64,000 nt of DNA, taken from positions 1 through 64,000 of the forward strand of contig JALMLS010000120.1 in the NCBI GenBank assembly GCA_038496445.1, given 5' to 3'. Position 1 is the stretch's first letter, and the number at the start of each line of letters is the position of its first letter. Of this stretch, positions 10,921 through 24,311 are shown piece by piece. A program made the translations under genes and the position numbers. Source of the DNA: Trichosphaerium sp. ATCC 40318. Its lineage: Eukaryota > Protista > Tubulinea. The notes under the pieces are model-generated. The model ran no database searches. It had not been told where the DNA came from and was given only the letters and a program-made list of their open reading frames with translations.

Positions 10921-13154
10921 TTTCGTTCGGGCTAGTAAAAAAAAAATTAGGACTAGTAACACCAGTAAAACTTCGTCAAAACGGCGCAAAAACTATCGGA
11001 AACGCATCTCACAAACATGAGAGGCCTCCTGCGAGAGCATCTTGGCAAAAACAAAAGAAAAATTGCCCGAAAGCGGAAGAACGCAACTTCAACACGTGCA
11101 GCAACTAAAAAACGTAAACTAGACAATAAACAGAAACATTTAACCGATCTACGAGAAAAATTGAATTACATGACTGAAAACAGCTGGAAGGTTCTTCCAG
11201 ACGCAAAAATATCGCTACCAGAGTGTTTACAAATATCAGGCCCTAACTTGGGTTATTTTGAGCGCATTCAATCTAACAGTGTGCTCACCTACACAAAACA
11301 AGTCTATCTACGTTTAATAAAAAAAACCATTTGGAATCACGTGTTTTACCATACGGAAGAAAAGCGGAAACAACTTGTTGCAATTCCGAACAACCAATCC
11401 GAACTATAACACATGGTGGAACACGCCAATCAAACCTAAAGAGGTCATGAAATTCATAGGAACATTGTGGATTTGGGAGCAAAGCAGTGGAGAAAAAAAC
11501 TATGTGCGAGCATGTAATCAATTCATCAAAGCAAAACCAACTTGGTTAAGGAACAATGAGTTGCTAGCACGAACAAGATTTTGCATCATTAAAGCATGTT
11601 TGACATCTGATATTCAAGAACTATGCACTTTATTGAGCGAGGCATTCATGGAAGGTTGGTTGCCGGGTGATATTTCAGCGATAGATGAAACAATTTTCAA
11701 ATTTCTGGGTAAAAGTCTGTATAAAATGGTCATCCACAGCAAACCGAATCCAACTGGTTTGATGATCTATGTACATGTACATGCAATGTTCTCTGACAAG
11801 TATGGCAGGAAACCTTACATACTTGGTATTGTTCCTCACTGGGGACCTGGTACACCGGTGGGCCCGCTAGATGCTGCCAAAAAATTAATAGTTAAATTTG
11901 AGGAGTTTTACAAGTATACACCTCATGTGGTGATGGATTCTAGATTTATGGAGTCACATCTTGTGGAATGGATAGCAGTGAATTGTCAGCAAAGTAAAAC
12001 TGGTGGCATTACCGCTGCTATACCGAAGACACACAAAACAAAAATATTTGATATACTTGAATACAATGTGCCATGTAATAGATGGAGAATAGCAACAAAC
12101 TCAGAGGTAAAGTGGCATCATTCATGCGCAAAAAGGTAGATAATGACAAAATAATTGAATGGCAACTTCTTGGATATGGCTGGAACACTGGTGAACCGAA
12201 ACAATCAATACCTTCAGCCACTTTAGCAGATTACAAAAAAATGTGTAAACTCAGCCAAAACTTTTTGGTTCATTTGTCGAGAAAATGTGGTAGCAAAGGT
12301 ATTGGCAACAATGAAACACTAGCCCAAGAGTTATGTGATTTCACACCAGAAAAGATATTGGCATTATCGGAGAAGCAACAGCAACACACAACTTTAAACA
12401 ACCAACAACAAAATGTAGCACAAACTGACGAATTACATTGCATTGAAGATTGCCTACATTACAGAAAAGAATTGCCTGGTAAACCAATGATTAAATACGA
12501 TTACTGTGACATATGGTTCCATGCTGAATGTCTCAATTGGGACGATAAAACTCTAGAGAAAAATTCTGCATTTGAACAATGGTTTTGCAATTCATGTCAA
12601 AAACACTATACAAACGTTTTGAAAGGACATGCTCACCTGACTCCAAAAATGTTGGGAAACAAGAAAAAATCATTCTTACAAAGCTATTGCACCAAGCTAG
12701 GCCTAAAAAAGCAAGGTAACATTAGTACGCTCATTGACAGATTGACAAATGCTACAAATCCTGAGTGTTTAGACAATATTCAGACCCAACTGGAAAACTT
12801 TTTGGGTACTCCACGGGATGACAAACCTATTCTTCACAAGTTCTATCATGATAATTTTGCGGCTGTTGATAAGGCTAATCAATTGAGTTGGTCAAACACC
12901 ACGCCCGGCCGGATTCAAAGCAATGAGTGCCGTATGACTTTGGGTTTACTAAAACTGACTTTAACATGTACACATACAATTTGTGATTCCATCCTTGAGG
13001 ATGATGCGTTGGACTTTTCCGCTTTACACTACCTAATAGCAACAGAATTGTTTACAGGAGAGCTTTTTGAGCTCAATTAAATTTATTGTAAGTTCACGTT
13101 GTGTGAAATAAAATTTTACTAGTCCTAATTTTTTCAGTTACTAGTCCTAATGAG
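10921..13154 (+). mobile_element. piggyBac-superfamily DNA transposon
   Basis: TTAA at 10917-10920 and 13155-13158; inverted ends each with two copies of a TTAGGACTAGTAA-type motif; internal transposase. Confidence 0.9.
11017..13080 (+). pseudogene. piggyBac transposase with two frameshifts and internal PHD and SAP domains
   Basis: Three overlapping ORFs; SAIDET...SKPNPTGL, VMDSRF and FYHDNFAAVDKANQL match the DDD motifs; frameshifts near 11380 and 12105. Confidence 0.85.
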
Positions 13155-13270
13155 TTAATGACTTGTCGACTTATTTATCTTATTCTTGGAACTCAAAGTT
13201 GCCTTAATGCCATACATTATTCTTATCAACAGCCACGCAACACTCTCGTAAACAAGTAATTATTCACCAT

Positions 13271-14890
13271 ATGAGAAAATACAACGACATTAGCAATAAA
13301 AAGAAGAAACTGAACTCTAAAAACATTCCCCTGTCACTCACTTCCTTTCCAAACGAAATTCTGGCATTAATTTTTAATAATCTATCTTATTCTCGCCGTG
13401 CGAGTGTGTTAGTTTGTAAAAAATTAGCAGATATTATCTGGTATCACGTGGGATTCTCTCGCATAAATATATGGTCACGAGAGCAAATTGACTTTGTTTC
13501 ATCTCGTGGGAGTCTGATTCGAAACACACCAATCAATATCATCAATTTCGAAGATATTCAGGACGACGACATTATTCCTCTTGCTGGTATTCATACTCTC
13601 AGCATAGCAAAGTACTACGACATCACTTCGTATGGCATCCAATTTCTCGCTGGTATTCATACGCTTAGATTGAAGCAATGTTACTTGGCTGATGAGGGAT
13701 TAAGTACTCTCGATGGTCTACATACTCTCGAGATGGATCAAGTTATAGGTGTTACACATTCAGGATTCTCATCTTTTAGCCAACTTCACACATTGAGGAT
13801 AACACAAATCATCGCAACGCCTCAAATGTTCAAAGAAATAGGCGCACTTGGGTTACATACATTCTATTCTAAGTATGTAAACATTTCTGATGATGATGTC
13901 AAAGAACTCGTTGGCGTCAAGGAACTCAGTATTATAGGAGCATCAGGCTACTCTGTTTATGGTCCGTCAAAAGATCCAGTCTCGTCTAAGGGTATAGCAT
14001 CACATGCTGGAGTACAAAAGCTCTGCATTGATATTTGTTTGAGCAAAAAAGCAATACAGGCACTTTCTGGAATCCACACAATACAACTAGCTATGGGAAA
14101 CGTTTTTCAATCACGTGACTTTAGTTTAGAAGGTATAACCGGCGCACATATGGTAACTATACTTAAACACAGGGTAACTGCATTCGCTCTAAAGAGTTTA
14201 ATGACAGTACCAGTACATACGATAAAGCTAAGATGTCAGGTACTTAACCAAGCATTCCAATACCTTGCTGGAGCACATACCATTGATATCTGTCACACAA
14301 ACATAACTGACAAAGAAATCGGCTTTCTGAGCGGTGTTAAGAAGTTATTACTTGATGGTACAAGAATCACAGGAACCAGGTTTGATGCTCTTTCAGGTAT
14401 TCATACTATATCCCTGAATAGCTGTACATTACTAAAAGATGAGAATGTAGCTAAGCTCGCAGGTGTACACACAATAGCACTTGCAAAATGCTCACTGTTA
14501 ACTGATATATCTTTCAAAGCATTGTCTGGTGCTCACACCATTGACCTATCTAATACCGCAGTTACTGATGAAAGTCTTAAAGCGCTTGCTGGAGTTCATG
14601 CAATCAGTATTAGAAAGACAACTGTAACAGATGTCGGAATCAAAGCTCTGGCTGGTGTTCACACCATTGATCTTGATAGTACTTTAGTATCAGATGATGG
14701 TCTTCTCGCGCTGAAAGGGTTATCCATTTTATGCATGCATAACTGTAAGAACATTACCGAAGCAGGTGTTAATAGCCTGGGTCATGTTGATAAGTTTTTT
14801 GGAAGGGAAGATGCAGTTTATCATGGATACAGTGAGGCCAGATATACAGGATCTCAACTACTGGAGAGGAGTATTCATACGCTTTCTTAA
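13271..14890 (+). CDS. Intronless F-box/LRR protein
   Basis: LTSFPNEILALIFNNL...VCKKL F-box followed by many ~22-aa LAGxHTIxL..TxVTDxG repeats. Confidence 0.88.
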   Translation: MRKYNDISNKKKKLNSKNIPLSLTSFPNEILALIFNNLSYSRRASVLVCKKLADIIWYHVGFSRINIWSREQIDFVSSRGSLIRNTPINIINFEDIQDDDIIPLAGIHTLSIAKYYDITSYGIQFLAGIHTLRLKQCYLADEGLSTLDGLHTLEMDQVIGVTHSGFSSFSQLHTLRITQIIATPQMFKEIGALGLHTFYSKYVNISDDDVKELVGVKELSIIGASGYSVYGPSKDPVSSKGIASHAGVQKLCIDICLSKKAIQALSGIHTIQLAMGNVFQSRDFSLEGITGAHMVTILKHRVTAFALKSLMTVPVHTIKLRCQVLNQAFQYLAGAHTIDICHTNITDKEIGFLSGVKKLLLDGTRITGTRFDALSGIHTISLNSCTLLKDENVAKLAGVHTIALAKCSLLTDISFKALSGAHTIDLSNTAVTDESLKALAGVHAISIRKTTVTDVGIKALAGVHTIDLDSTLVSDDGLLALKGLSILCMHNCKNITEAGVNSLGHVDKFFGREDAVYHGYSEARYTGSQLLERSIHTLS

Positions 14891-15343
14891 AATGTTTACT
14901 TTGCAAAGGTTGAGGGGAGTATTTGCGCTTTAATAAACATATGTTTTAATGGATGTGTTGTTACAATTCCGTGGGTAAAAAAGAACTAGACTTGACGATA
15001 AGTCATGTAAATAGCTTAAAGGCTCAATCTGCGCCTGAGCTATTTGTCAGGAACCTGTGTTCCTTTGCTTCCAAAAACTCCGTAGTCATTGCCGATCTGG
15101 CCTGGTACAAATTACTGGAGTCTTCATTTTTGTACATCAGTGAGAGTTGTACAAGCATTAAATATTTGGCGTATTTGGCACCATGTTTTTGAGTTTTGTT
15201 CGGTTCGTAAGTGTTTAAATGAGACGACAGTACTCTTATTTTGCTTCTGTTGTGCTATTGTTGTACGATAGTCGGTTTTTATTTTAATTTTTTTTTGTAC
15301 ATGCTGGAAGCGGGTTTTTTTTTCTTTGTGTTTTCTTTTGAGT

Positions 15344-17932
15344 TTACATTGTAAACTTTGCGTTTTTCTTTTTCTTCATGTTCTGTTTCTCCTCTCTTAA
15401 TAGTCTCATTTTTTCACTAATCTCCTCAGGAGGATACAAGTAGTTTGTAGGAATAATATAATTCTTTGTAGAGTTTTTCCTAAACGAGCAAAACAAGTCA
15501 GTAAAATAGAGTCATCAAAAAGCCAATGCTTTTACAATGAAAAAAAAAGAATGTTTCTTGAGAACCCATAAGGTTTTGGGTTTGTCAAAATCAGAGGTTG
15601 TTACAACTACTTACTTGAGCTTATTTTCATATCTTTTACGACTATTCTTAGCAAGTATCCATCGACGTTGATTGATGTTAAGAATTTGTTCACGAAGTAG
15701 ATTACCTAAGGAAAAATGAGTTCTACTGCACTATGTCTTGAACTCAAATTAGTAGGACTTGACTGTACCTTTTGGTTTTAAGTTTATCAATTTACCAGGA
15801 AGCTCTTCAGGAAGCAAAACTTCATCGAAGTCTTCAACTTCGAATCTTCAAAAAAAAATTAACACGTGATCTTAAGGTATAAAAAAGACTAAAAGATACT
15901 TACCTTCCTCCTTTATGCGATGGTACCACCTTCTTAGGTTTTGGTGTATTACGTTTCTTGACTTCTTCTGGATCCATGAATTTATCAACGATTTTATCAA
16001 CTCTGTAATGAACCAGTAAGAATATAAAAATGAAAACAAACCAAAATAACAAGCGAGAAGTATGCGATGATTTTGAGCTTAAGTCACGTGTAAAATTCAA
16101 AAAACATATCAAGTCGAGATATCAAAAATAAGTAGATCCAGAAATATTGGCACGTGTATAAATAAACTGAAACTACAATAAAAAAAGAAAGGAAAAAAAA
16201 ATCTTGTGTTTGAAGTTGTTTTTTGGTGTATTTCTCTTATTTAATTGCGCGTATACGTACTTGTCCCATTGTTCCTTCTTTTCTCTCAAATATTTCTTAC
16301 GTAAATTATTTCTATGCCTTTCTGTAATAGACACATTGACTCGATAAAACTTTCCATTTGGATTTTGTTTTAGTACAAACTTGAAGTTCTTTTTCCGGTC
16401 TCTGTAGCTACGATCCTGAGGTTTCGGTTCAAAGTGATCCTTTGGAATCTCTAAAGCAGTTTGTAAATAAAAGGAATAGCAATAGTAGATTTACAACCGT
16501 CAACTGTCAGTAACACAAAAATGTTTTCAAAAAAAAAGGTGTAAAAATGTTTGGAGAACGTACCAGCATCATATTTCTCTAACCCTTTGATCTCATGTCC
16601 TGGTTTAAACTCATGATTCTTAAACCTACGTTGTCCATACAACTTTTTATTACCGGCCTTACTACAAATGCGTAAGAACAAGTTTAAAACAAATCAAGAA
16701 AAAAAACAATGTGTTTTTTTGAACTTACTCAGTGTATGTAAAGTGCTCATATAGTTTTTCATTTCTTGCTTCAAGGTCTGTGACTTGTTTTGCAACATGT
16801 TCTAAAATAATTTAGAGATAGATTTAAATAATATTACAACGCTTTGAAGTCATTGGTGGCAATTCAAAACAAAAAACAAGAAAGTGATTTGTTTGCTAAA
16901 AAGTGTCATTGTGACATGTTGACATACCCATTGCTTTTTTATGATCAACCGCGTCTGGGTTGTATGATTGACCAGGAAGTGGCTTAGCTTTTGTACCAAC
17001 GTTAGAGACATCAGTTACAGGTGGTTTATACTTCCGTTTCTAAAAAACAAAGAAACTCAGCAACGAAACAAGTAAAAACTAAAACAAAACAAAATAAAAA
17101 TCTGACTTCCTACGCACGTTGTATGTCTTCATTGAGTTCTGATCAGCCTGATTATCTACAACCCACCTCTCGTCTACATCTACAAATTGTTTAAATAGGT
17201 GTTCTTAATCAAGGAAGCAATAAAAAGAATTTTTTTTCGATTTTTTGAGAAATACCTTTCATTTTTTTAGATCTGTGGTAAACCTTTCTTGAATCATTTC
17301 TAAAGTCTTTTCCCCATAGATCATACGCTTTAAACGATTCTTGATCAACTTGTGCAGCGATATTTCTCTCTGCAAAGTGTAATTCCCTTTTACGCTTTTT
17401 GGAGCCAATCTTTGTTTGTTGTTAGCTCAATGGAAGCGTATACGCGAAATGGAGAAAAAAAAGTGTAAAAACAACTAAATGGCGAGGAAACTACGCGTAC
17501 TTGTTTGTTTTGCGATAGAAGCTCCTTAATCTTACCCACTTCTTTTTCGTAGCTCGTTTGCCTATTTTTTGTAACGTATTAGACCGTTTAACCGTTATGT
17601 CGCGTATTACGCACTTTTTATACGTGGTAGGCGTAATATTAGGCTTCGTATTCGGGTGTGGTATGATATCAATACCGCGGCGTGGTTTATCCTTTACATA
17701 GTCTCTTCGCTGGCTTCTATTTAGCTTGCTCCCTATTAATGTGAATATTGCGAATTTCTGGAGAAGTTGTACGATCTGGGCTTGGTGGGCGATTAATAGG
17801 CGCATTCAGTGCCCGTTCTGTGGCAATAATTTCAACCTCATCACAAGCACGTCTGGCGAATTTTGCAGCCCGTTTCTTCTTCCTTCTCGTTTTACGAGCG
17901 GTTTTAGAACGCAAACTCGGTTTACGACCCAT
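15344..17932 (-). CDS. NOP53: Ribosome biogenesis factor NOP53/GLTSCR2 homologue, multi-exon
   Basis: PLPGQSYNPDAVDH and EVLLPEELPGKLINLKPK|GNLLREQ...QRRWI motifs; basic N-terminus. Confidence 0.75.
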
Positions 17933-18980
17933 TTCTGCAAAATTACAGTTTAACCTTCACTTAAAAACCCAACTATGTTAAGTTGTGCAATTGTGTACAT
18001 AACAATAAATCAATATGTACTATGCTAATACGACTCTAATTGAAAAGAGATTCAACAACATTATAAGCGCCTACCTCTATACAACAATGGTAGAGGCCTT
18101 TTCAGTTGATACCATAAGGTCTTGCCCAATTTATACGTTCTTTTCCTTTGTGTCTTCTTTGTACAATGTTTGGAGCGCTTGCTTGCTTCTCGGTATGGAA
18201 TCTGCTGGAGTACACGAGACGCCATACAAATAAATCATGAAGTGTGACAAGTGACACTCTATAAATTGTACCAGAACTAAATCGTAACTGGCAATTTTGC
18301 TCAACGCTTTAACTATTTCCGTTTCCCGTACCATATTTATTAAAGTTCACAAATACTCCGCTCAACTATTACAAAGTAGATATTGTATTAGACCAGGCTA
18401 ACACCTGCTTCAGTAATACTCGATTAGGTTTTCGTTCTGTATAACATGCAAAAGTGGTCAAAGGTATCACATACAATGTACAGTACTCTATGAGAAATAA
18501 TGTTATGCGTAACAAAAAGGATGATGGCAAGTCATGCATTTTTTTTCTAAGGAGGAATCGAACCTCCATTATTTGAACTAAATCAAAGATGATACCATTA
18601 CACTATTAGATGAAGCACGAACTCGTATATATATTGCATCCTTGTATATTGTTTGTACAGAATTGACTATAAGACATACAAACAGAATATAAAAAATATA
18701 TTGTGGTTTTCATTTCCGAGAAATTAATAAGAATGTATTTCCATTCTATGTAGGACTCGTCGATTATTACGTACAGTATACAGTATTAAAGAATAAGGTG
18801 AAACGCTTACTGCGGAAAAAGCCAATGAGGGTACGAGAACAGTATCACTTGAGTACAATTGAAAAATATTTTACTATCTTTTTTGCGACTCCATTGTCAA
18901 GCATGTATCGTCCGCTATGTACTGTATTGGTGTATTTTATTTAATATACTATTTTACAACATAACCCACCATTTTTTTAA

Positions 18981-19920
18981 TCACATAGTATTAATACTTC
19001 TATCGTCAGCCATCAACAAGGGTTGTATCTCATTATCAAAACTTTTTCTAATTTTAGTCCAAAAAATCATTTGCTTTAACGAGTTACCACAAATAGTCAA
19101 CGTAGCACATGTTAAAATACCCAAAGAGAATGAAGTCCAATTACCAAGATAATTAGGTACATAATGAGCACAAGAATCCTTAGGACAAATAGACTTCAAC
19201 TCTTGTTGCAAACCATTAGGTGATGATACTTGTGTAGCATAAAGAATATAAGCTAACACGGGAATCATAAAGACAATAGTTACAAGATTTATTATCCTAG
19301 TAAACCTATGAAACCAAGCAGCCACCCATTGAATAACAGCCTAAATAAGTAAATCAGGTGAGTTTCTTTTTGATTATTTTCTGATCACGTGACAAAATAT
19401 GAAAACCACAAAGGGAATACATGGGTTGTTAACAAAGTACGTACCACAATGAAGAAAATACCAAAAACTGGGTACGCAAGCGTCTGAATAAGGCGTCCTT
19501 CAATGTTAAAGTCGTTTTCGTTAAAATGGCATGTTTGAAGTATTACTGCGCCTGTTAGAGGAAGTACAGATAGTATAAGCGTTGCTATTGATATCAATAC
19601 AGCCATAGAGGCATATAATGCTGAATTTGTTGCTAGCGTCCCGTATAGCTCTACTACGCTATCGTATTTCGTTTTCTTCTTGTTTGTTTCATTTGCCATG
19701 TTTATAGCGCTATTTACGACGCTCCCCGCGCCGACCACGTGCCTTATTGCTTCCATTGTGGCCCAAAAAATTGTCAACAGAGCCAGACTTAATAATTCAT
19801 TTGTGGAGCACAACTCTCACAAGGTGCGTTGCTTTTCACGCAATGTGATTGGTTGTGAAGCGAATTGCAAACTCATGAGCTTTGCTCGTGTACACCAAGC
19901 ATCTATTGGTATAATGCTCT
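18981..19920 (-). CDS. Multi-pass membrane protein of unknown function, possibly a pseudogene
   Basis: Two hydrophobic ORFs joined by an intron; an in-frame TGA lies just upstream of 19813; start uncertain. Confidence 0.45.
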
Positions 19921-20278
19921 AAAAAAGAAATTAATAATGTTTCAATAGGCTTTTTTTAATGTGCTCAAGAGCTAGGTTCGAAAATAACCTACTAGCCGTT
20001 ATCCCACAAACCTGAGCCTTGAACAGATGAGCCAAGATATTAAATAGAAGGTCTTGTCCGGCGCTAAATGATAAAGTTACTGTCAACTTTAGTATAGCAT
20101 AAATACCACGTGTACAGCACGACCTTTCGTAAATTAGCGACTGTTGGAATTAAACATTCCAATTCTATTTTCTTTTAGCGTTCGGCTTCCGGTTCAACTA
20201 CCTGTAATTCTGTTAAGTCAAGACAAACGTACCAAGTTAAGGTGATTCTTGAACTTCATTAGGCTAAACAAGGTGATT

Positions 20279-21350
20279 ATGCTCCCAAACAACGCTCCCT
20301 TACGCCTTGAAAAAGTTACAATTATTATTCTTGGAGATGGAGCTGTTGGTACGACATAACAGCCTCTTACTGTTAATCAACGTTAATATTACGCATTTCA
20401 GGTAAAACAAGCTTAGCTATACGTTACCAGTACAAACGGTTCCCAACCGAATACGGTACCTCTCTATTTAACTGCAATCGCTTATATTGTTTAGTGCCAA
20501 CAGTATTCGACGATTACAGGTATAAACGTGTTAAATTGATTGTTTACAAACCCTAAAAACATGTTTGTTCAGAGATGCAAACGCTAAGTTTTTAGGCAGA
20601 ACTTTATGTTTACGTTCGTTTTCTTACTTTATTCTCATTTAATTGTTTAATTCTACAATAAAAAGAGTTATTGGATACTGCGGGTACAAAGGAGCTAGAA
20701 AATGCCTTGATTTTTGGATATGCTGTAAGTTAATTAAACCCTAAAATTTCTTGTTTCAGAAGTAGAAGTATCCTCTTCCGTTTGCACGGGGTACCATCAC
20801 TGTGTTGTCATCTAATATATTTTTAGATAGCTCATGTTGCTTTGATATGTTTTAGTATTGTTTCAAGGAGTAGTTTTAAAGCTGTTAGATTCAGGGTACA
20901 AAGGAATTAATCAATACAAAAAAGTTGAAAACTACAAAGCCATTACAACTTAACATATGCTCAGTGGGCAGTTGATGTGGATCAAAATAGCCCCAACGAT
21001 ACACCTATCATTCTTGTAGGTCTGAAAACGGATTTAAGAAATTCACAAGATGACAGTGTTTCAAGAGAGGAAGGCGAAGATATGGCAAGAACTATTAAAG
21101 TACAAGAAACAACTAATTTTTTCTTTTATTCTACCGCTTCGTTTTACTTAAACTAGGCGCACTCATATGTGGAATGTAGTCCTATGACAGGACAGGGTGT
21201 TGACTCAGGTAATGAACATCTATTTGTAACAATGCTTTACAAAGAATTTGACTTGTTGTAGTATTTCATGAAGCGATATTGGCAGTGCTGAATAAAAGAG
21301 GATTCTTCAAAACACATCAATATACTTACTCTAAATGTGTTTTAATGTGA
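20279..21350 (+). CDS. Rho-family GTPase, multi-exon, atypical DTAG-T
   Basis: GDGAVG|KTS, EY|VPTVFD, WDTAGT, LICFS, IILVGLKTDLR, YVECS and CAAX CVLM. Confidence 0.88.
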
Positions 21351-21560
21351 CCCCAATGAAACTCAAAATCTATGTAGTGAACCTTTGTAAATACTCACGT
21401 AACTACTTCTTACAATTTGTGTTGGTGTTTTTTAAGGGCCCTTAAGAGCTCAATTTAAGGTGAGCAACCATAAAAAGCACGTGCTGCCTTAAAAAAATTA
21501 AGTTAAATTGGTTCTGTTTTATTCACTGTACAAGCGCTCTGTAGAAGTCTTTTTTGTTTG

Positions 21561-24311
21561 TTAAGGTTTCATTAGTCCCTGAACTGATTGTACCTGTACA
21601 GGAGCAGTTTGTGTTCTTTCTGACTTTGTCATACGCAGTGGAAATATAGTTTTTGGCTTTAAGAATAAAAGTAGTAATATGACGAAAACAAGTATCACAA
21701 TAAAGCCCAACACGCCACCAATCAATGAGTATTGTAATGACCTATTTTCTTCCCCGTTTTCTTCGTTGCACGTGTTAATATCAAATACCGCCCAAAGTCT
21801 ATTTCGTGACTCTATTTCAATGAATTAGTGAGCGACAAGTTTGATTGATTAAAGCTCCAAACTACTTACGCTCTCCAACTCCATCTCTTTGACATGGAAT
21901 ATCAGTAGTTATAGTCATATTACTAGTATCTATTACACAGTTCTCAGAAACGTTCATTAATACTACACGTTCAACCACTTGAGCTTCTTTCAGGTTAATG
22001 GTTGATCCTAAAACAAGGCATTAGAAAAACAGTACAACTCCTGTGCATACCTGACATATTAGCACAGCCCTTTACAATAAATTCAGTTCCGGCAGTCATT
22101 ACTATTACTCCCGAATCCCAAGTCAAGTTTCCTGAGAAAGCATGTGAGTAAACTTAACAACACTGATAGCAAGAGGCGGTTTACCTTTAATGACAACCTT
22201 TGATGTATCTTGAAAATCAATAAGGTCATTCACCACAATGTTACTCCCTAAGAAGCATTCTCCGTTGGTGCAATTGAAGATTTTAACTAAGTTGTTTTGA
22301 ATCACTGGCGATTCAGCAGGTTGCAACGTCATTATTGGTTGTTCTGTTTGAGGAACGGAGGGAACAGGTTTCAATGTAGGTGGAATTGTTGTTGTAGTTA
22401 CTGGAAGTGTTGTTGGTATACCTCCTAATATTGGAGGTTGCTCTGTTGATGAAAATACAGGCGCAATTGTTGGACTATACGTTGATGGTGAATTCACAGG
22501 CGCAATTGTAGGACTATACGTTGATGGCGAATTCACAGGCTCAGTTGTTGGCCTATACGTTCCTGAACCGAGTGGTACTACTCCACTATCTTCGGATAAC
22601 CAAAGATCTAAGTAGAAGTCAAATATTTCAATTTTGGTGCGCAGCAGAAGCTCTTTCTTTTTTTGTTCGTTTTTGGCATAACGCACAGTTACTTAGTTTG
22701 TACACAAAAATTTGGTTTCCGCTAGTAACAAACATATTTCCGTTTCCATCAAAACCAGAAGCTCTTGCTTGTTCGCTTGTAAGCCGTGAGGCTAAGACAT
22801 GGCCTTTACTGGGTTAACACGGAAGAAAACGAATAGAAGTCAACACGTGACAGTTGATGTTTTTTTTTTAAGATGCTAATAGTACCTGTTATGTTCATAA
22901 CGTATACTCCTTTAGTTCCAGCAGCTAAGAATATATCTTTGCTTGGATGTGAGTACAATGCAGCTTCATCAAAGTTTTCGTTTGGAGGTGCATCAAAGGA
23001 AAAGGCTACCGTATCGTAGTCACCTTGTATCAATTAAGTTAGTTATCTTGCTGTTAAGTTTTTGGCGGTGTTATTATACCTTTCATGAAACCATATATTG
23101 TCTGTCTTGTAGCTGACAGGACAATACCACTTGAGAAAACAGTAACGCTCTAGTATTTACTATAAGATATACGTTGTGTTTCGTAGGTTTAGTTCACCTA
23201 AGACATACTTGTGGTGAACTACTTGAAGCTACTTCTGGTGTAGTATACGTTCCCTTATATCTATCTTAAGGAGAAAATCAGCGTAACAATTAACTAAGCC
23301 AACACAAGGCCAAATCACTCTATTTCTTCTTTTTTTCTTTGTTCGTTTTGCGTACAATTATTAATGTCGTATTGCTGAATACCGCCATCAAAAAAATCAC
23401 CGGGTACTCCATGAATAGAAACAAATATATTTTGTTCACTCTTGTCAGTACAGATCTGTTTGTAGTTGCCATTAAGTGCTCCAGCCAAATCAAATCCACT
23501 CACCCATTGGTTCAGATTATTGAACTTGACCTAAAGCAAATGAATCAGTGTCAATCAAGTACAATGCAAGTTTACGATGTCTGTAGATTGTCCTCCTGTA
23601 GCGAACCAACCCTGACAACTCGTACAAGTTACTATACCTACAAACCCTTCATGAGAACAAAATAAAAACTAACAGAAAACGAGACGGATATAATACCCTG
23701 TGGATGATTGTATCTGAAGCCGTAAAAGGTATCAGCTTCCGTCCAAGTTTCAAGCTCTCCAACTTGTACTTCTAAAAGGAATATCAGAAAATCAAAAAGA
23801 CTACGCTCCGAAATGGACATGTAGACATACCTTTAATGATATCGTAAAAAATAACAACATTCCTTGACGAGTCTGTAATTGCTACTAATCCTTCACTTGT
23901 AATCGCTATATTTTGCACGTGTCCAACAGTAAAATTATATAGTGGTTCCGCGTATATCCCATCTTAACATGGTAGTAAGTATCACCCAATACGTATTGTA
24001 ATCTTGAAAAAAACTTGGCAAGCAAAAATAGACAACGAAAAGAATCAGACGCGTTTTTGAAGAGAATGCCGGTTCGAGCACGTGATTTACTCCGGGAAGA
24101 ATTTATGAGTTAGGGAGTTATAATTATTGGCAGGTTCCACCCATAAACGTGGTGAGCGAATATCTACGCCTAAAAACTTGAAATGTATTTCTAAAAAACG
24201 TGCTTTTCAGTTTCCTTCCAAAGGGTAAATCAAACTACACTTACCATCACCTGAAGCATTTGTATGTACGAAATAAAGTACGAAAATAAATAATAGAGGA
24301 CGTATGTACAT
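21561..24311 (-). CDS. Type I membrane glycoprotein (signal peptide, beta-rich ectodomain, P/T/S stalk, TM)
   Basis: MYIRPLLFIFVLYFVHTNA signal; PVNSPSTYSPTIA tandem repeats; LIGGVLGFIVILVFVILLLLFL TM followed by KPKTIFPLR. Confidence 0.7.
22455..22560 (-). repeat. 39-bp coding tandem repeat (~2.5 copies)
   Basis: Encodes repeated PVNSPSTYSPTIA. Confidence 0.8.

Noticed and set aside
18015-18900. Cluster of short ORFs on both strands
   Set aside because: No consistent spliced model or domain could be built
20009-20278. F-box remnant upstream of the 20279 Rho (LEQMSQDIK...STTFRKLA)
   Set aside because: It needs two stops and a frameshift; too weak to call
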